From the IMG/VR virus record IMGVR_UViG_3300032335_000499: 64,000 nt of DNA, one strand, 5' to 3'. The notes beneath the pieces were generated by a model. It did not search any database. It was not told the origin of the DNA and saw only the letters and a list, made by a program, of their open reading frames with translations. Source of the DNA: a virus (lineage: Duplodnaviria > Heunggongvirae > Uroviricota > Caudoviricetes). The translations under genes and the position numbers were made by a program. Positions within the stretch are counted from its first letter, which is position 1; every line of letters starts with the position of its first letter. Below, piece after piece: positions 49,020-57,832 of the stretch.

Positions 49020-49622
49020 ATGAAAAGTTTACCAGCAGATAGATTCTTTAATGACATCGATTTCGTCAGTATCGTAGACACCATCAAAAATGTCTACATG
49101 AGTGACGGTTCCATGTCTACCTTACTTGACTACGAACGTGTACTAGACGAAGCAGATGTTTATGCCTTCAAGAATTGGAAGCACGGAGAGTTAGTTCAAG
49201 GACCTAACGTAGGAAGATATTCATGTAAGTGCGTATTCATGTGGCCTTACAAACTAATGCCCGACCCAAGAGCAGCATTGCGCTTAATCAACATCGGGTG
49301 CAGAGTCACTTTCGGTAAAGGTGAGATTAAGGTTCCTGTTGAAGTTAAAGATTATGAAGACTTTGTTCCCGGTACTAGATATCCAAAGATGCATGAACGC
49401 AAAGTTTGGTTTGTAGAAGTAGTGGTACCGGTTGACTTGATGGATGATATCAAGGAAGGTACGATTGACCTAGCTGATCAGACTATCGATTTATCCGAAA
49501 TTGACGATGCATATAATGAAGATTTAGATAACATCGAACAGACTGAGGCACAGCAAGGCGCCGACGCAGGAATGGGAGAGATGCCAGCTCAAGGCGGCAT
49601 GGCACCGGGAGCACCGATGTAA
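49020..49622 (+). CDS. hypothetical late protein
   Basis: 200 aa, LDYERVLD...NWKHGELVQGP...MPDP. Confidence 0.7.
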   Translation: MKSLPADRFFNDIDFVSIVDTIKNVYMSDGSMSTLLDYERVLDEADVYAFKNWKHGELVQGPNVGRYSCKCVFMWPYKLMPDPRAALRLINIGCRVTFGKGEIKVPVEVKDYEDFVPGTRYPKMHERKVWFVEVVVPVDLMDDIKEGTIDLADQTIDLSEIDDAYNEDLDNIEQTEAQQGADAGMGEMPAQGGMAPGAPM

Positions 49623-50164
49623 TGACTATTCTTAACGAAAGCCTAGATTATCTAGATATGGAAAATCAAATTAATGACACCATCACTGTTGATGAATATT
49701 CGGCGAAGATGGGCAAAGATAAAGACATAGTTACAGTAACCTTTACTGTAAACAATAAACTTGCTGCTGATGATCTAGTGAGTTGGCTTGAAAGAGGTTA
49801 CGATTTTGTACTAGATGCCAGTGTTAGTGAAGGGGAAATTAAGCCCGGCAAGTATCTAGTATTCGTTGAAATGGACCGTAGAAGTAAGGTTCCGGAACGA
49901 ATCATTTCAGTATTATCTGATTTAGAAACATTAACAGGACTAAAATTAAATGATTGGACTGTTGAAGTTGGTGGAGAATCAGTTGATGCCGATGAAGCTG
50001 CATTGAAAAATGCAATCATTCTTAATCCTAATGTGTATGAAGAAGAAAAAGGGGTTGACGAAGACCTAAATGAATTCAGACAACTTGCGGGATTAGAATC
50101 TAAACCAATGGTGTACGAAGAAGATGAGTACATTAAAAATCTAAAAGCAATGGCGGGGATGTAA
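49622..50164 (+). CDS. hypothetical late protein (CTS-like N-terminus)
   Basis: MTILNE start; LNEFRQLAGL and KAMAGM near the C-terminus. Confidence 0.65.
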   Translation: MTILNESLDYLDMENQINDTITVDEYSAKMGKDKDIVTVTFTVNNKLAADDLVSWLERGYDFVLDASVSEGEIKPGKYLVFVEMDRRSKVPERIISVLSDLETLTGLKLNDWTVEVGGESVDADEAALKNAIILNPNVYEEEKGVDEDLNEFRQLAGLESKPMVYEEDEYIKNLKAMAGM

Positions 50165-50166
50165 AC

Positions 50167-50691
50167 ATGTTTTTACCAGAAAAGAATAAAAGTGAAGAAC
50201 TACAGCTTATCGCAAAGAACGATGAGCATCATAAATCAATGTCGGGGGATCAAGAATTTATGGCACAAGTAAAAGAAAGAAATGAAGAAGCTAATCAGCT
50301 TATGAATCTTAACAATGCTGCATTAACACAAGCAGGAACTAACGCTGCACAGAATGCAGAAGTACTTGTCAAGCATAGTGCAGAAAGCGAAGATTGGATC
50401 AACAAGAAATGGCGTCCTGCAATGGGTTGGATGTACATGGCAGTTTGTGTTACTGACTTCATTATATTCCCAATTGCTTGGTCTGTATTGCAGGCTGCTA
50501 CGAACGGCTCCGTAACAACTCCTTGGCAACCAATCTCACTACAGGGTGCTGGTCTATTCCACATCGCAATGGGTGCTGTTCTTGGTATCGCTGCTTATGG
50601 TCGTACTAAGGAAAAGATTGAGGGTGCAGCTAATGTTGACACCGCAGTCGGCGCTCCAGCTAATCCTGTGAGTGCATTCTTAGGCAAATAA
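50167..50691 (+). CDS. holin of the 3-TM (GTA-type) family
   Basis: WINKKWRPAMGW, TM segments, LGIAAYGRTKEK. Confidence 0.7.
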   Translation: MFLPEKNKSEELQLIAKNDEHHKSMSGDQEFMAQVKERNEEANQLMNLNNAALTQAGTNAAQNAEVLVKHSAESEDWINKKWRPAMGWMYMAVCVTDFIIFPIAWSVLQAATNGSVTTPWQPISLQGAGLFHIAMGAVLGIAAYGRTKEKIEGAANVDTAVGAPANPVSAFLGK

Positions 50692-50695
50692 ACTC

Positions 50696-50757
50696 TTGAC
50701 AATCGACACCCAGAGTGCTATAGTGTAACAATGGATCATTATAACACTCTGGGTGTC
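50696..50757 (+). promoter_or_regulatory. sigma70 promoter (leaderless) overlapped by a 21 bp inverted repeat
   Basis: TTGACA 50696-50701, TATAGT 50719-50724; 50705-50725 pairs with 50737-50757. Confidence 0.8.
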
Positions 50758-51516
50758 CCACGTGACGCTGATCACGATACAATCAAAAAAGCTTATCGCA
50801 GGCTTGCTATGCAGCATCACCCCGACAAAGGCGGAGATCCTGTACAATTTCAAAAAATTACAGAAGCATATGACACATTAAGTGATGTAGACAAACGCTC
50901 TGCATATGATAACCCGCAAGCAAGACAACAGAATTTTCAGGGCTTCCCCCAAGATTTCAACGTAAATGGGGTAAATCTTAATGATTTGTTCGGGCATATT
51001 TTTGGACAGAACCAAAGAAATACGTCTCCGGTATATCGTACCACCGTTACAGTATCACTAGTCGATTCTTATAACGGAGCCGATCATGTCATACAGTTGA
51101 GTTTACCGAGCGGTATTAAAGTAATTAACATTTCAATTCCTACAGGTGTACAGACTGGGCAACAACTGCGGTACGATAACATCATCGATGGGGCCTCACT
51201 AATTATTGAATTTCATGTGCTTAAAGATTTGAGATTCGATAGAAACGGTTCCGATTTATACGCTAATTATCCAATCTCTGTACTAGATTTAATTGTAGGG
51301 ACTAAAGTTCCATTTCAAGCCATCAACGGAAAGATGCTTGATGTGACTATACCCGCAAAGACACAACCAAATCATCAAATCAGACTTCCCGGGTTAGGGA
51401 TGCCAATTAGTAATACAGGGCAGTATGGTGACCAAATACTATTGCTAAAGCCCTTTGTTCCTGATAGTATATCAAATGATATAATTGACAGTATCAAGCG
51501 TAACCAAAGTAAATAA
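50731..51516 (+). CDS. dnaJ: DnaJ/CbpA-type J-domain co-chaperone
   Basis: DHYNTLGV...IKKAYRRLAMQHHPDKGG; DnaJ C-terminal domain; no zinc finger. Confidence 0.9.
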   Translation: MDHYNTLGVPRDADHDTIKKAYRRLAMQHHPDKGGDPVQFQKITEAYDTLSDVDKRSAYDNPQARQQNFQGFPQDFNVNGVNLNDLFGHIFGQNQRNTSPVYRTTVTVSLVDSYNGADHVIQLSLPSGIKVINISIPTGVQTGQQLRYDNIIDGASLIIEFHVLKDLRFDRNGSDLYANYPISVLDLIVGTKVPFQAINGKMLDVTIPAKTQPNHQIRLPGLGMPISNTGQYGDQILLLKPFVPDSISNDIIDSIKRNQSK

Positions 51517-51535
51517 AAGTAAAGGATTAATTAAA

Positions 51536-53800
51536 TTGCAATCTTCACCCGAAATTGAGAATATCATCGAACGTTCTATTGATGCAGCTAAAGAGCGGCA
51601 GCATCAATATGTGACGGTAGAGCATTTGCTGCTCTCTCTTGTCACTCACCCTCCCTTTAAGAAGTGTCTCAACTCTTTCCATGTTGATACTGACCTTATG
51701 ATTCAAGAAATTGAAGCATATCTTAATGGCTTAAAGGCGATTGAAACTACTGAACCTGATCATCAGCCACGTAAAACTAATACACTTGAACGTGTAATTA
51801 ATCGTTCGGTTACGCAAGTTTTGTTCACTGGTCGTCGCCAAGTTGAAACTATCGATCTTTACATGAGTATTGCGTCTGAAAACAACAGCCATTCTCATTA
51901 TTTCTTGCTCAAGTACGGTGTCGCAAAGAATGAGTTTCTAGGTCATTGGCAGAAGCACTATTCGGGCGGACAATACTCTGCGATTTCTAGTAGCCAAGCA
52001 GACGAAATCCTTGAAGAATACACGATTAATCTTACACAACTTGCTCGTGAAGAAAAGCTTGAACCAGTTATCGGTCGTACTAAAGAAATTGGTGATATCA
52101 TTAATGTTCTTGCAAAGCGTTTCAAGAGTAACGTATTGATGGTCGGTGACCCCGGCGTAGGTAAGACTGCAATCGCAGAAGGCATTGCTAATGCCATCGT
52201 CAATGAAGAAGTTCCTGAATTCTTAATGGACCATGAACTTTATAGTCTTGAGATTGGTTCGCTTCTCGCCGGTAGTAAGTATCGCGGTGACTTCGAAGAA
52301 AAGGTCAAGAACGTGCTTGATGCACTTACTATTAAGAAAAAAGCAATCCTGTTTATTGACGAAGCCCACACTATGCAAGGTGCAGGCGGATCTTCAAATG
52401 GTTCTGTTGACTTCTCTAACATGATTAAGCCCGCTATCACTAAGGGTACTCTCAAGGTTATTGCTTCGACAACTTGGGAAGAGTTCTACGAATCCTTTGA
52501 GAAGGACCGGGCGTTAATGCGCCGCTTCTATAAGGTTTCAGTTGACGAACCTAGTCGTGATAGCACTGTTCGCATTCTTACTGGTCTCTCCGGACGATTG
52601 AATGACTTCCACGAAGTCTACATCACGGGTGAAGCAATTGAAGCCGCAGTTGACCTTGCTGATCGCTACATTCATGACCGTAAGAACCCAGATAAGTCAA
52701 TTGACCTTATCGATGCAGCCTGCGCAAAGCAGCGTGTTCTTATGAACAAGGATGCAGAAATCACTAAAGAACTAATCTACGAACAAGTAGAAAAGTTCAC
52801 AGGCGTTCCTGCTGATAAGTTGAGCGGCGACAACATGGAACGTATTCAGACTCTTGACACTAACGTAAAGAACAAGCTTTATGGTCAAGATGAAACAGTT
52901 GATAAGGTTCTTGAACGTATATATGTTAGCTTTGCTGGCATCGGTAACGACAAGAAGCCTATCGCAAGTTTCTTGTTCTTGGGCCCAACGGGCACGGGTA
53001 AAACAGAATTGGCTAAGCTGCTGTCTAAGAATTTGGATATGCCGCTTCTCAAGTACGACATGTCGGAGTACAGCGAGAAGCATAGCGTAAGCAGCTTGAT
53101 CGGTCCGCCCCCGGGCTACGTAGGCTTTAGCGACTCGCAGGTGCAGGGCGGGCGTCTAATTTCAGACTTGAGCAAGAACCCTCATTCAATCCTGCTGTTT
53201 GACGAAGTTGAAAAGGCTCACCCCGATATTTTCAACATCTTCTTGCAAATGTTGGATGAGGGTACTGTCACTGGTTCAAATGGTAAGCAGGTATCGATGA
53301 AGAATTCCGTAATCATTCTGACTTCGAATCTAGGTTCTGCTGATAACGAAAACAACAACATCGGTTTCGGCAATCTTGACAAGACCGGCGAAGAAGATAA
53401 AGCTCTTAAGCAGTTCTTCAAGCCTGAATTCCGTAATCGTCTCGATCTTATCTGTAAGTTCAACAAGCTTGATAATCTTTCAATCAAGAAGATTGTTGTC
53501 AAGTTCATTGATGAAGTCAAGAAGCCTTTGCTCGAAAAGCACAACATCACGCTTAACCTTAGCGAACCAGCTGTTGACTATCTTGCTGAACAGGGTTACG
53601 ATAGTAAGATGGGCGCACGTCCTCTTGCACGTAAGATTGATGAATTGATTCGTGTCCCGCTTTCAAAGAAGATTCTCTTTGAACGTATCAGCAATGCTAA
53701 TATTATGGTTAACATAGAGGACGGCGTTATTGACTTTGTAGTTACTACAAAGCAAGCAGCGCACGTAGGTGATGATGGCATTATCCAAATTGGTAATTAA
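51536..53800 (+). CDS. clpA: ClpA-type AAA+ unfoldase
   Basis: Clp N domain (VTVEHLLL), GDPGVGKT, GPTGTGKT, IGF ClpP-docking loop, MGARPL; no ClpB middle domain; TTG start after AAGGA. Confidence 0.9.
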   Translation: MQSSPEIENIIERSIDAAKERQHQYVTVEHLLLSLVTHPPFKKCLNSFHVDTDLMIQEIEAYLNGLKAIETTEPDHQPRKTNTLERVINRSVTQVLFTGRRQVETIDLYMSIASENNSHSHYFLLKYGVAKNEFLGHWQKHYSGGQYSAISSSQADEILEEYTINLTQLAREEKLEPVIGRTKEIGDIINVLAKRFKSNVLMVGDPGVGKTAIAEGIANAIVNEEVPEFLMDHELYSLEIGSLLAGSKYRGDFEEKVKNVLDALTIKKKAILFIDEAHTMQGAGGSSNGSVDFSNMIKPAITKGTLKVIASTTWEEFYESFEKDRALMRRFYKVSVDEPSRDSTVRILTGLSGRLNDFHEVYITGEAIEAAVDLADRYIHDRKNPDKSIDLIDAACAKQRVLMNKDAEITKELIYEQVEKFTGVPADKLSGDNMERIQTLDTNVKNKLYGQDETVDKVLERIYVSFAGIGNDKKPIASFLFLGPTGTGKTELAKLLSKNLDMPLLKYDMSEYSEKHSVSSLIGPPPGYVGFSDSQVQGGRLISDLSKNPHSILLFDEVEKAHPDIFNIFLQMLDEGTVTGSNGKQVSMKNSVIILTSNLGSADNENNNIGFGNLDKTGEEDKALKQFFKPEFRNRLDLICKFNKLDNLSIKKIVVKFIDEVKKPLLEKHNITLNLSEPAVDYLAEQGYDSKMGARPLARKIDELIRVPLSKKILFERISNANIMVNIEDGVIDFVVTTKQAAHVGDDGIIQIGN

Positions 53801-54461
53801 AACAGTAGATCGCCCTAACTTATTTTTTAATAAGTTTGTGTATAGGATTAATGTTACAGGTGTACCCAGTGTTCATCGGATAAACAAATGTGCCAACATA
53901 TACGACTATATTGGTTATATTGATAAACTGTATGAAGATTGGGAGTCATCTAACCAAAGATATCCAAATGGATGGTATAGGACACCTCCGAGTTCATCCG
54001 ATATAGACTTAATTAGAGTCGAAAATCTTATTGGATTAATGCAGAAGTATAATGACAAATCCCTAATTACATACAGGAGTGAAAACAGTACCGTAAGTGT
54101 CTATACTTCTGACTTAGTTTTAGCTAAGGAGTTTGCAGATACTTTGTCAGTAGGATTATTAACTCAAGTTAATCCTATGCCAACTGGGGTAATGCTTTTT
54201 AAGCGAGAGCCTCCTGCAAAATATCGTGCATATACAACTAATAACAAGATGCCATCAGACTTTAAAGAAAGTTTTGTTGCTTATCTAGAAAGAACTCCGG
54301 ACGTTAAACCCAGTAGTTCATTTAGTAATTATTTTGCTAGACGTTATAATTTTCTATGGGAGAAGTATTATGTTGATTATGATGATGAGAAGAATCTAAT
54401 GATGATGATGCTAATGTTTCCGGGCATGATAGGAAAGATGTACAAACTAGAAAAGAAGTGA
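53769..54461 (+). CDS. hypothetical protein
   Basis: 230 aa ORF; exact start uncertain. Confidence 0.65.
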   Translation: MMMALSKLVIKTVDRPNLFFNKFVYRINVTGVPSVHRINKCANIYDYIGYIDKLYEDWESSNQRYPNGWYRTPPSSSDIDLIRVENLIGLMQKYNDKSLITYRSENSTVSVYTSDLVLAKEFADTLSVGLLTQVNPMPTGVMLFKREPPAKYRAYTTNNKMPSDFKESFVAYLERTPDVKPSSSFSNYFARRYNFLWEKYYVDYDDEKNLMMMMLMFPGMIGKMYKLEKK

Positions 54462-54488
54462 TAAATACTCTATATATTTTGGAGTATT
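54461..54488 (+). promoter_or_regulatory. late promoter within an RBS-occluding hairpin
   Basis: ATAAATA 54461-54467; AATACTCTA pairs with TGGAGTATT covering GGAG. Confidence 0.7.
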
Positions 54489-54491
54489 AAT

Positions 54492-54656
54492 ATGGCTAAA
54501 ATGATCGAAGAAGTCATCGTTATCAAGTTGTCAAAGCTTGTAAAAGATAGTGACTCAACCGATACTATTGCTGATAATGAAGTATGTTCAGCACTAGAAC
54601 AAGTAGCACAAGAACTTGCCGGTAACGGGGTCTTAGTAGAGGTCGAGAGAGCTTAA
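54492..54656 (+). CDS. small protein (54 aa, not in ORF track)
   Basis: MAKMIEEVIVIKLSKLVKD...ALEQVAQELAGNGVLVEVERA; GGAG RBS; TAATG overlap with next gene. Confidence 0.75.
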   Translation: MAKMIEEVIVIKLSKLVKDSDSTDTIADNEVCSALEQVAQELAGNGVLVEVERA

Positions 54657-55042
54657 TGTCTCAGGTCACTACTCTGATCCTATTGCCACAAACGGCTTAC
54701 CTAAATCCAGGCAACGGTGCACCTTACACTGTGACTGGTAACACTGAACCAGCTGCTGCATATATTATAGGTAACCAAGTCTTACAAACTGTAAACTATG
54801 GTTTATCGAATTGCACTGGTAACATCGTGATTGAAGCGACATTAGCTTCATCACCAACTGACACTGACTGGTTCAGAGTTTATGAATTAGAAGCGAATGC
54901 AAACGCGGCTTCTAATAGTGCTCCTAAGATTGCAAGCAATGCAAGAGCATACACCAATATCGACGGAAACTTTGTCTATGTTAGAGCAAAGATAGAAGAC
55001 TTCCAAGGCGGTATTGTAAATTACGTTAAAATATCATATTAA
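54656..55042 (+). CDS. beta-rich probable virion protein
   Basis: IVIEATL...DWF...GNFVYVRA. Confidence 0.6.
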   Translation: MSQVTTLILLPQTAYLNPGNGAPYTVTGNTEPAAAYIIGNQVLQTVNYGLSNCTGNIVIEATLASSPTDTDWFRVYELEANANAASNSAPKIASNARAYTNIDGNFVYVRAKIEDFQGGIVNYVKISY

Positions 55043-55055
55043 AGAAAGAGATAAA

Positions 55056-55241
55056 ATGGAAACAACAATTAATATTAAGGCTCAATTTGAAGCCTTCCTC
55101 GCAGAAAACGAAAAGTTCAACAGTGGCAATGCTGCTGCCGGTACTCGTGCCCGTAAGGCACTTGGTGAACTTGCAAAGTTGTGCAAGGCTCGTCGTAACG
55201 AAATCACTGCTGAAAAGACTGCACGTAAAGAAGCGAAGTAA
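55056..55241 (+). CDS. histone H1-like Hc1-family small protein
   Basis: EKFNSGNAAAGTRARKAL.ELAKL.KARR.EI. Confidence 0.7.
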   Translation: METTINIKAQFEAFLAENEKFNSGNAAAGTRARKALGELAKLCKARRNEITAEKTARKEAK

Positions 55242-55245
55242 TTAA

Positions 55246-56766
55246 ATGAAAGTGGTAGCTATATATCCAGGCAGATTTCATCCTTTTCACAAAGGACATG
55301 CAAGCAGCTTTAAGCAGCTAGCAGAAAAGTTTGGTTTGGATAACACATTCTTAGCTATCTCTGCAAAACAAGAACAACCTAAAAGCCCATTCTCAGCACA
55401 AGATCGTGCTAAGATGGCGGTGTCTTTAGGTATACCTAGTAAGAATATCATTGCTGTGCGTAATCCATACGCGGCTCAGGAATATATTGATCAACTGAAC
55501 CTTGATCCCGAAAAAACAGCATTGATATTTGGTGTAAGTAAGAAGGACATGGAAGGTGACCCTGCACTGGGTATTCCTCCTGATCCCAGATTTGGATTTA
55601 AACCCAAGAAAGACGGGAGTCTTTCTTACTTACAACCTTTTAATAAGAATAAAGTTGACCCTATGTCACAGCATGGTTATATCATGTCAACTGAGGTAGC
55701 AGAATTTCCTATTGCCGGTAAATCTATGCGTGATGCTAGTGCTATACGTAGTGCATATGCAGGCGCAGATGAAAAAACAAAAATGAAAATTCTAACAGAT
55801 TTATACGGGGATGCAGCAGAAAAAATGAAACAAGTATTTGACAACAACTTACAAATTACAGAAAGCATCCGTAGACTTATTGCTATGATTAAGCCTATGC
55901 TTAGTGAAGCAACATTTGAACAGAAGTCTAAGTTTGTCAAGTTACTCAGTGAAGCTAAGAAATCAATGCTTAATGAGGCGATCGGCAATGTTGTAGATCG
56001 TTCATATGACATGACAGATGTTGATGATCGCATTGATTCCGATCAGCGTTTGAAAAAAATATCCAAGCAAATGCTAGAAAAATTAACTTCCAGAGAAGAA
56101 TTCGTAGTGCGCTCTAGATTAGGTCTATCCGGTGAAGAACCAAAGTCACTAAAACAGATTGCTGATACTTTGGGAATTGGACAAGAAAGAGTTAGACAGA
56201 TAGAAGCTAAAGCGGTTTATAAGTTACGTCAAGCTAATGATTTCAAAAATAGACCAATAGATGCAGCCGACAGTAAGATTTTTGCACAACTTGAAGAAGT
56301 AGAACCACTATACAAGGATGCACTAGATAAATATCGACAATATTGGGATAAACATCGCTTTTATCCTACTCCAGAAACAGAAGAAATCAGAAAAAAATTG
56401 TATGCTGAATACAAAAAGTATAGCGATATAAGATCCAAACTACATGATCAATTAACAGTACCTTCATCGTTAACATTAAAAGAAGATGCTACTAACATCT
56501 ATACCAGAAGAATGGCAAATCTAACTAACGATTTAGGTAATGGCTACTTCTTAGGTGATGATAGTTACGATGACGATGACGGATTCAGTAAAGCAGGATA
56601 TTCAGTATATTATCAAGAAGGTGCTGATCAGTATCGCTTAGTTGGTAATGTATCAATGAGTCCTTATAGCAATCCTCCTGGACATATTGAAAGCGAAATC
56701 AAAAAGATTATTGCTTCTGACCAAAATAATCTATCCGAAAGTACGGATTATTTAGAAGAAAAATAA
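55246..56766 (+). CDS. HIGH-type nucleotidyltransferase fused to sigma70 region 4 and further modules
   Basis: YPGRFHPFHKGH and DASAIR; LTSREEFVVRSRLGL...SLKQIADTLGIGQERVRQIEAKAVYKLR. Confidence 0.8.
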   Translation: MKVVAIYPGRFHPFHKGHASSFKQLAEKFGLDNTFLAISAKQEQPKSPFSAQDRAKMAVSLGIPSKNIIAVRNPYAAQEYIDQLNLDPEKTALIFGVSKKDMEGDPALGIPPDPRFGFKPKKDGSLSYLQPFNKNKVDPMSQHGYIMSTEVAEFPIAGKSMRDASAIRSAYAGADEKTKMKILTDLYGDAAEKMKQVFDNNLQITESIRRLIAMIKPMLSEATFEQKSKFVKLLSEAKKSMLNEAIGNVVDRSYDMTDVDDRIDSDQRLKKISKQMLEKLTSREEFVVRSRLGLSGEEPKSLKQIADTLGIGQERVRQIEAKAVYKLRQANDFKNRPIDAADSKIFAQLEEVEPLYKDALDKYRQYWDKHRFYPTPETEEIRKKLYAEYKKYSDIRSKLHDQLTVPSSLTLKEDATNIYTRRMANLTNDLGNGYFLGDDSYDDDDGFSKAGYSVYYQEGADQYRLVGNVSMSPYSNPPGHIESEIKKIIASDQNNLSESTDYLEEK

Positions 56767-56778
56767 TTCCACTACTAC

Positions 56779-56820
56779 TTCCTCTTGTAAATATCTATAC
56801 AAGTTTACTAGAAAGAGGAA
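56779..56820 (+). promoter_or_regulatory. variant late promoter GTAAATA within an RBS-occluding hairpin
   Basis: TTCCTCTT 56779-56786 pairs with AAGAGGAA 56813-56820. Confidence 0.55.
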
Positions 56821-56823
56821 CAC

Positions 56824-57735
56824 ATGGCACGTAAACCAAAGACTACTAAGAATACAATCGCTCCAAACGGGGAAGAAAGAAACATTCCCGTTGAAAAGCT
56901 AGAAGAAATTGCCGAACAGGCTGCACAGGAGCAAGCTCCACAAGAAGGTCAAGTTCAAGTTAACGTTGACTTCCTCCGCACAACTAAGGTTCATATCGCA
57001 ATGCCTTGCTACGGCGGTATGTTGACAGAATCAACTTTCATGTCATTCATCAAGTGGGCAAACACTGCCCGTCAGCTTGGTATTGACTGGACCCTAGAAA
57101 CAATGGTTAATGAATCACTCATTAGCCGCGCACGTAATACACTTACTGCAAAATTCCTTGACATGCCTGACGCAACACACTTGTTCTTCGTTGACGCTGA
57201 TATCGGTTGGGAACCGTGGCACTTGCTCGTTCTCTTGAACCGTGACGTTGACGTTATCGGTGGTTTGTATCCGATGAAGACTATGCCTATCAAGTGGGTT
57301 GTTAACGGATTCGAAGGCGCAGAAGAAGGCGCTGATGGTCTTCAGGAAGTATCAAAGGCTGGTACTGGCTTCTTGCTCATGAAGAAGCATGTATTCGAGA
57401 AGATGAATTCACACCCTGCTGTTAAGCAGTACAAGAATGATATCGGTCTTGATCCAAAGTATGACCAGCACTTGAAGACATACTTCGACACTGCTGTTCG
57501 TCAGAATCGCTACTACAGTGAAGACTGGACGTTCTGTGAAAACTGGAGAGATATCGGTGGTCGCATTTGGGTTGATAAGCGAGTTCTTCTCCGTCACTCA
57601 GGATCATATGTATTCTGCATGGAAAATCAGCAGCATCTATTAGACACTGTTGGCCCAATGTATGTGCAGGCACAGGCAGAAAAGGCAGCACAAGAAGCTG
57701 CTGCGGCCGCTGCACCACAAGTTCCCCCCGCCTAA
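56824..57735 (+). CDS. GT-A fold glycosyltransferase-like protein
   Basis: IAMPCY, SLISRARN, FVDADI (DxD), GTGFLL, SEDWTFC. Confidence 0.75.
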   Translation: MARKPKTTKNTIAPNGEERNIPVEKLEEIAEQAAQEQAPQEGQVQVNVDFLRTTKVHIAMPCYGGMLTESTFMSFIKWANTARQLGIDWTLETMVNESLISRARNTLTAKFLDMPDATHLFFVDADIGWEPWHLLVLLNRDVDVIGGLYPMKTMPIKWVVNGFEGAEEGADGLQEVSKAGTGFLLMKKHVFEKMNSHPAVKQYKNDIGLDPKYDQHLKTYFDTAVRQNRYYSEDWTFCENWRDIGGRIWVDKRVLLRHSGSYVFCMENQQHLLDTVGPMYVQAQAEKAAQEAAAAAAPQVPPA

Positions 57736-57765
57736 TCAGTAATATCTGATTAGTGCATCTAAACT

Positions 57766-57793
57766 GGGGCATCGGAAACGGTGCCCCTTTTTT
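57766..57793 (+). terminator. Rho-independent terminator
   Basis: GGGGCATCG-GAAA-CGGTGCCCC-TTTTTT. Confidence 0.85.
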
Positions 57794-57801
57794 AGTATGA
57801 G

Positions 57802-57808
57802 ATAAATA
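57802..57808 (+). promoter_or_regulatory. late promoter ATAAATA
   Basis: Between terminator and AGGA RBS. Confidence 0.7.
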
Positions 57809-57832
57809 CTATATAATTATAGGAATACCTCC

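Noticed and set aside
51485-51535. ORF-track upstream starts (51485; similarly 45691, 22065, 18503, 7926)
   Set aside because: They overlap upstream genes or promoters; downstream starts fit RBS or promoter position and domain boundaries better
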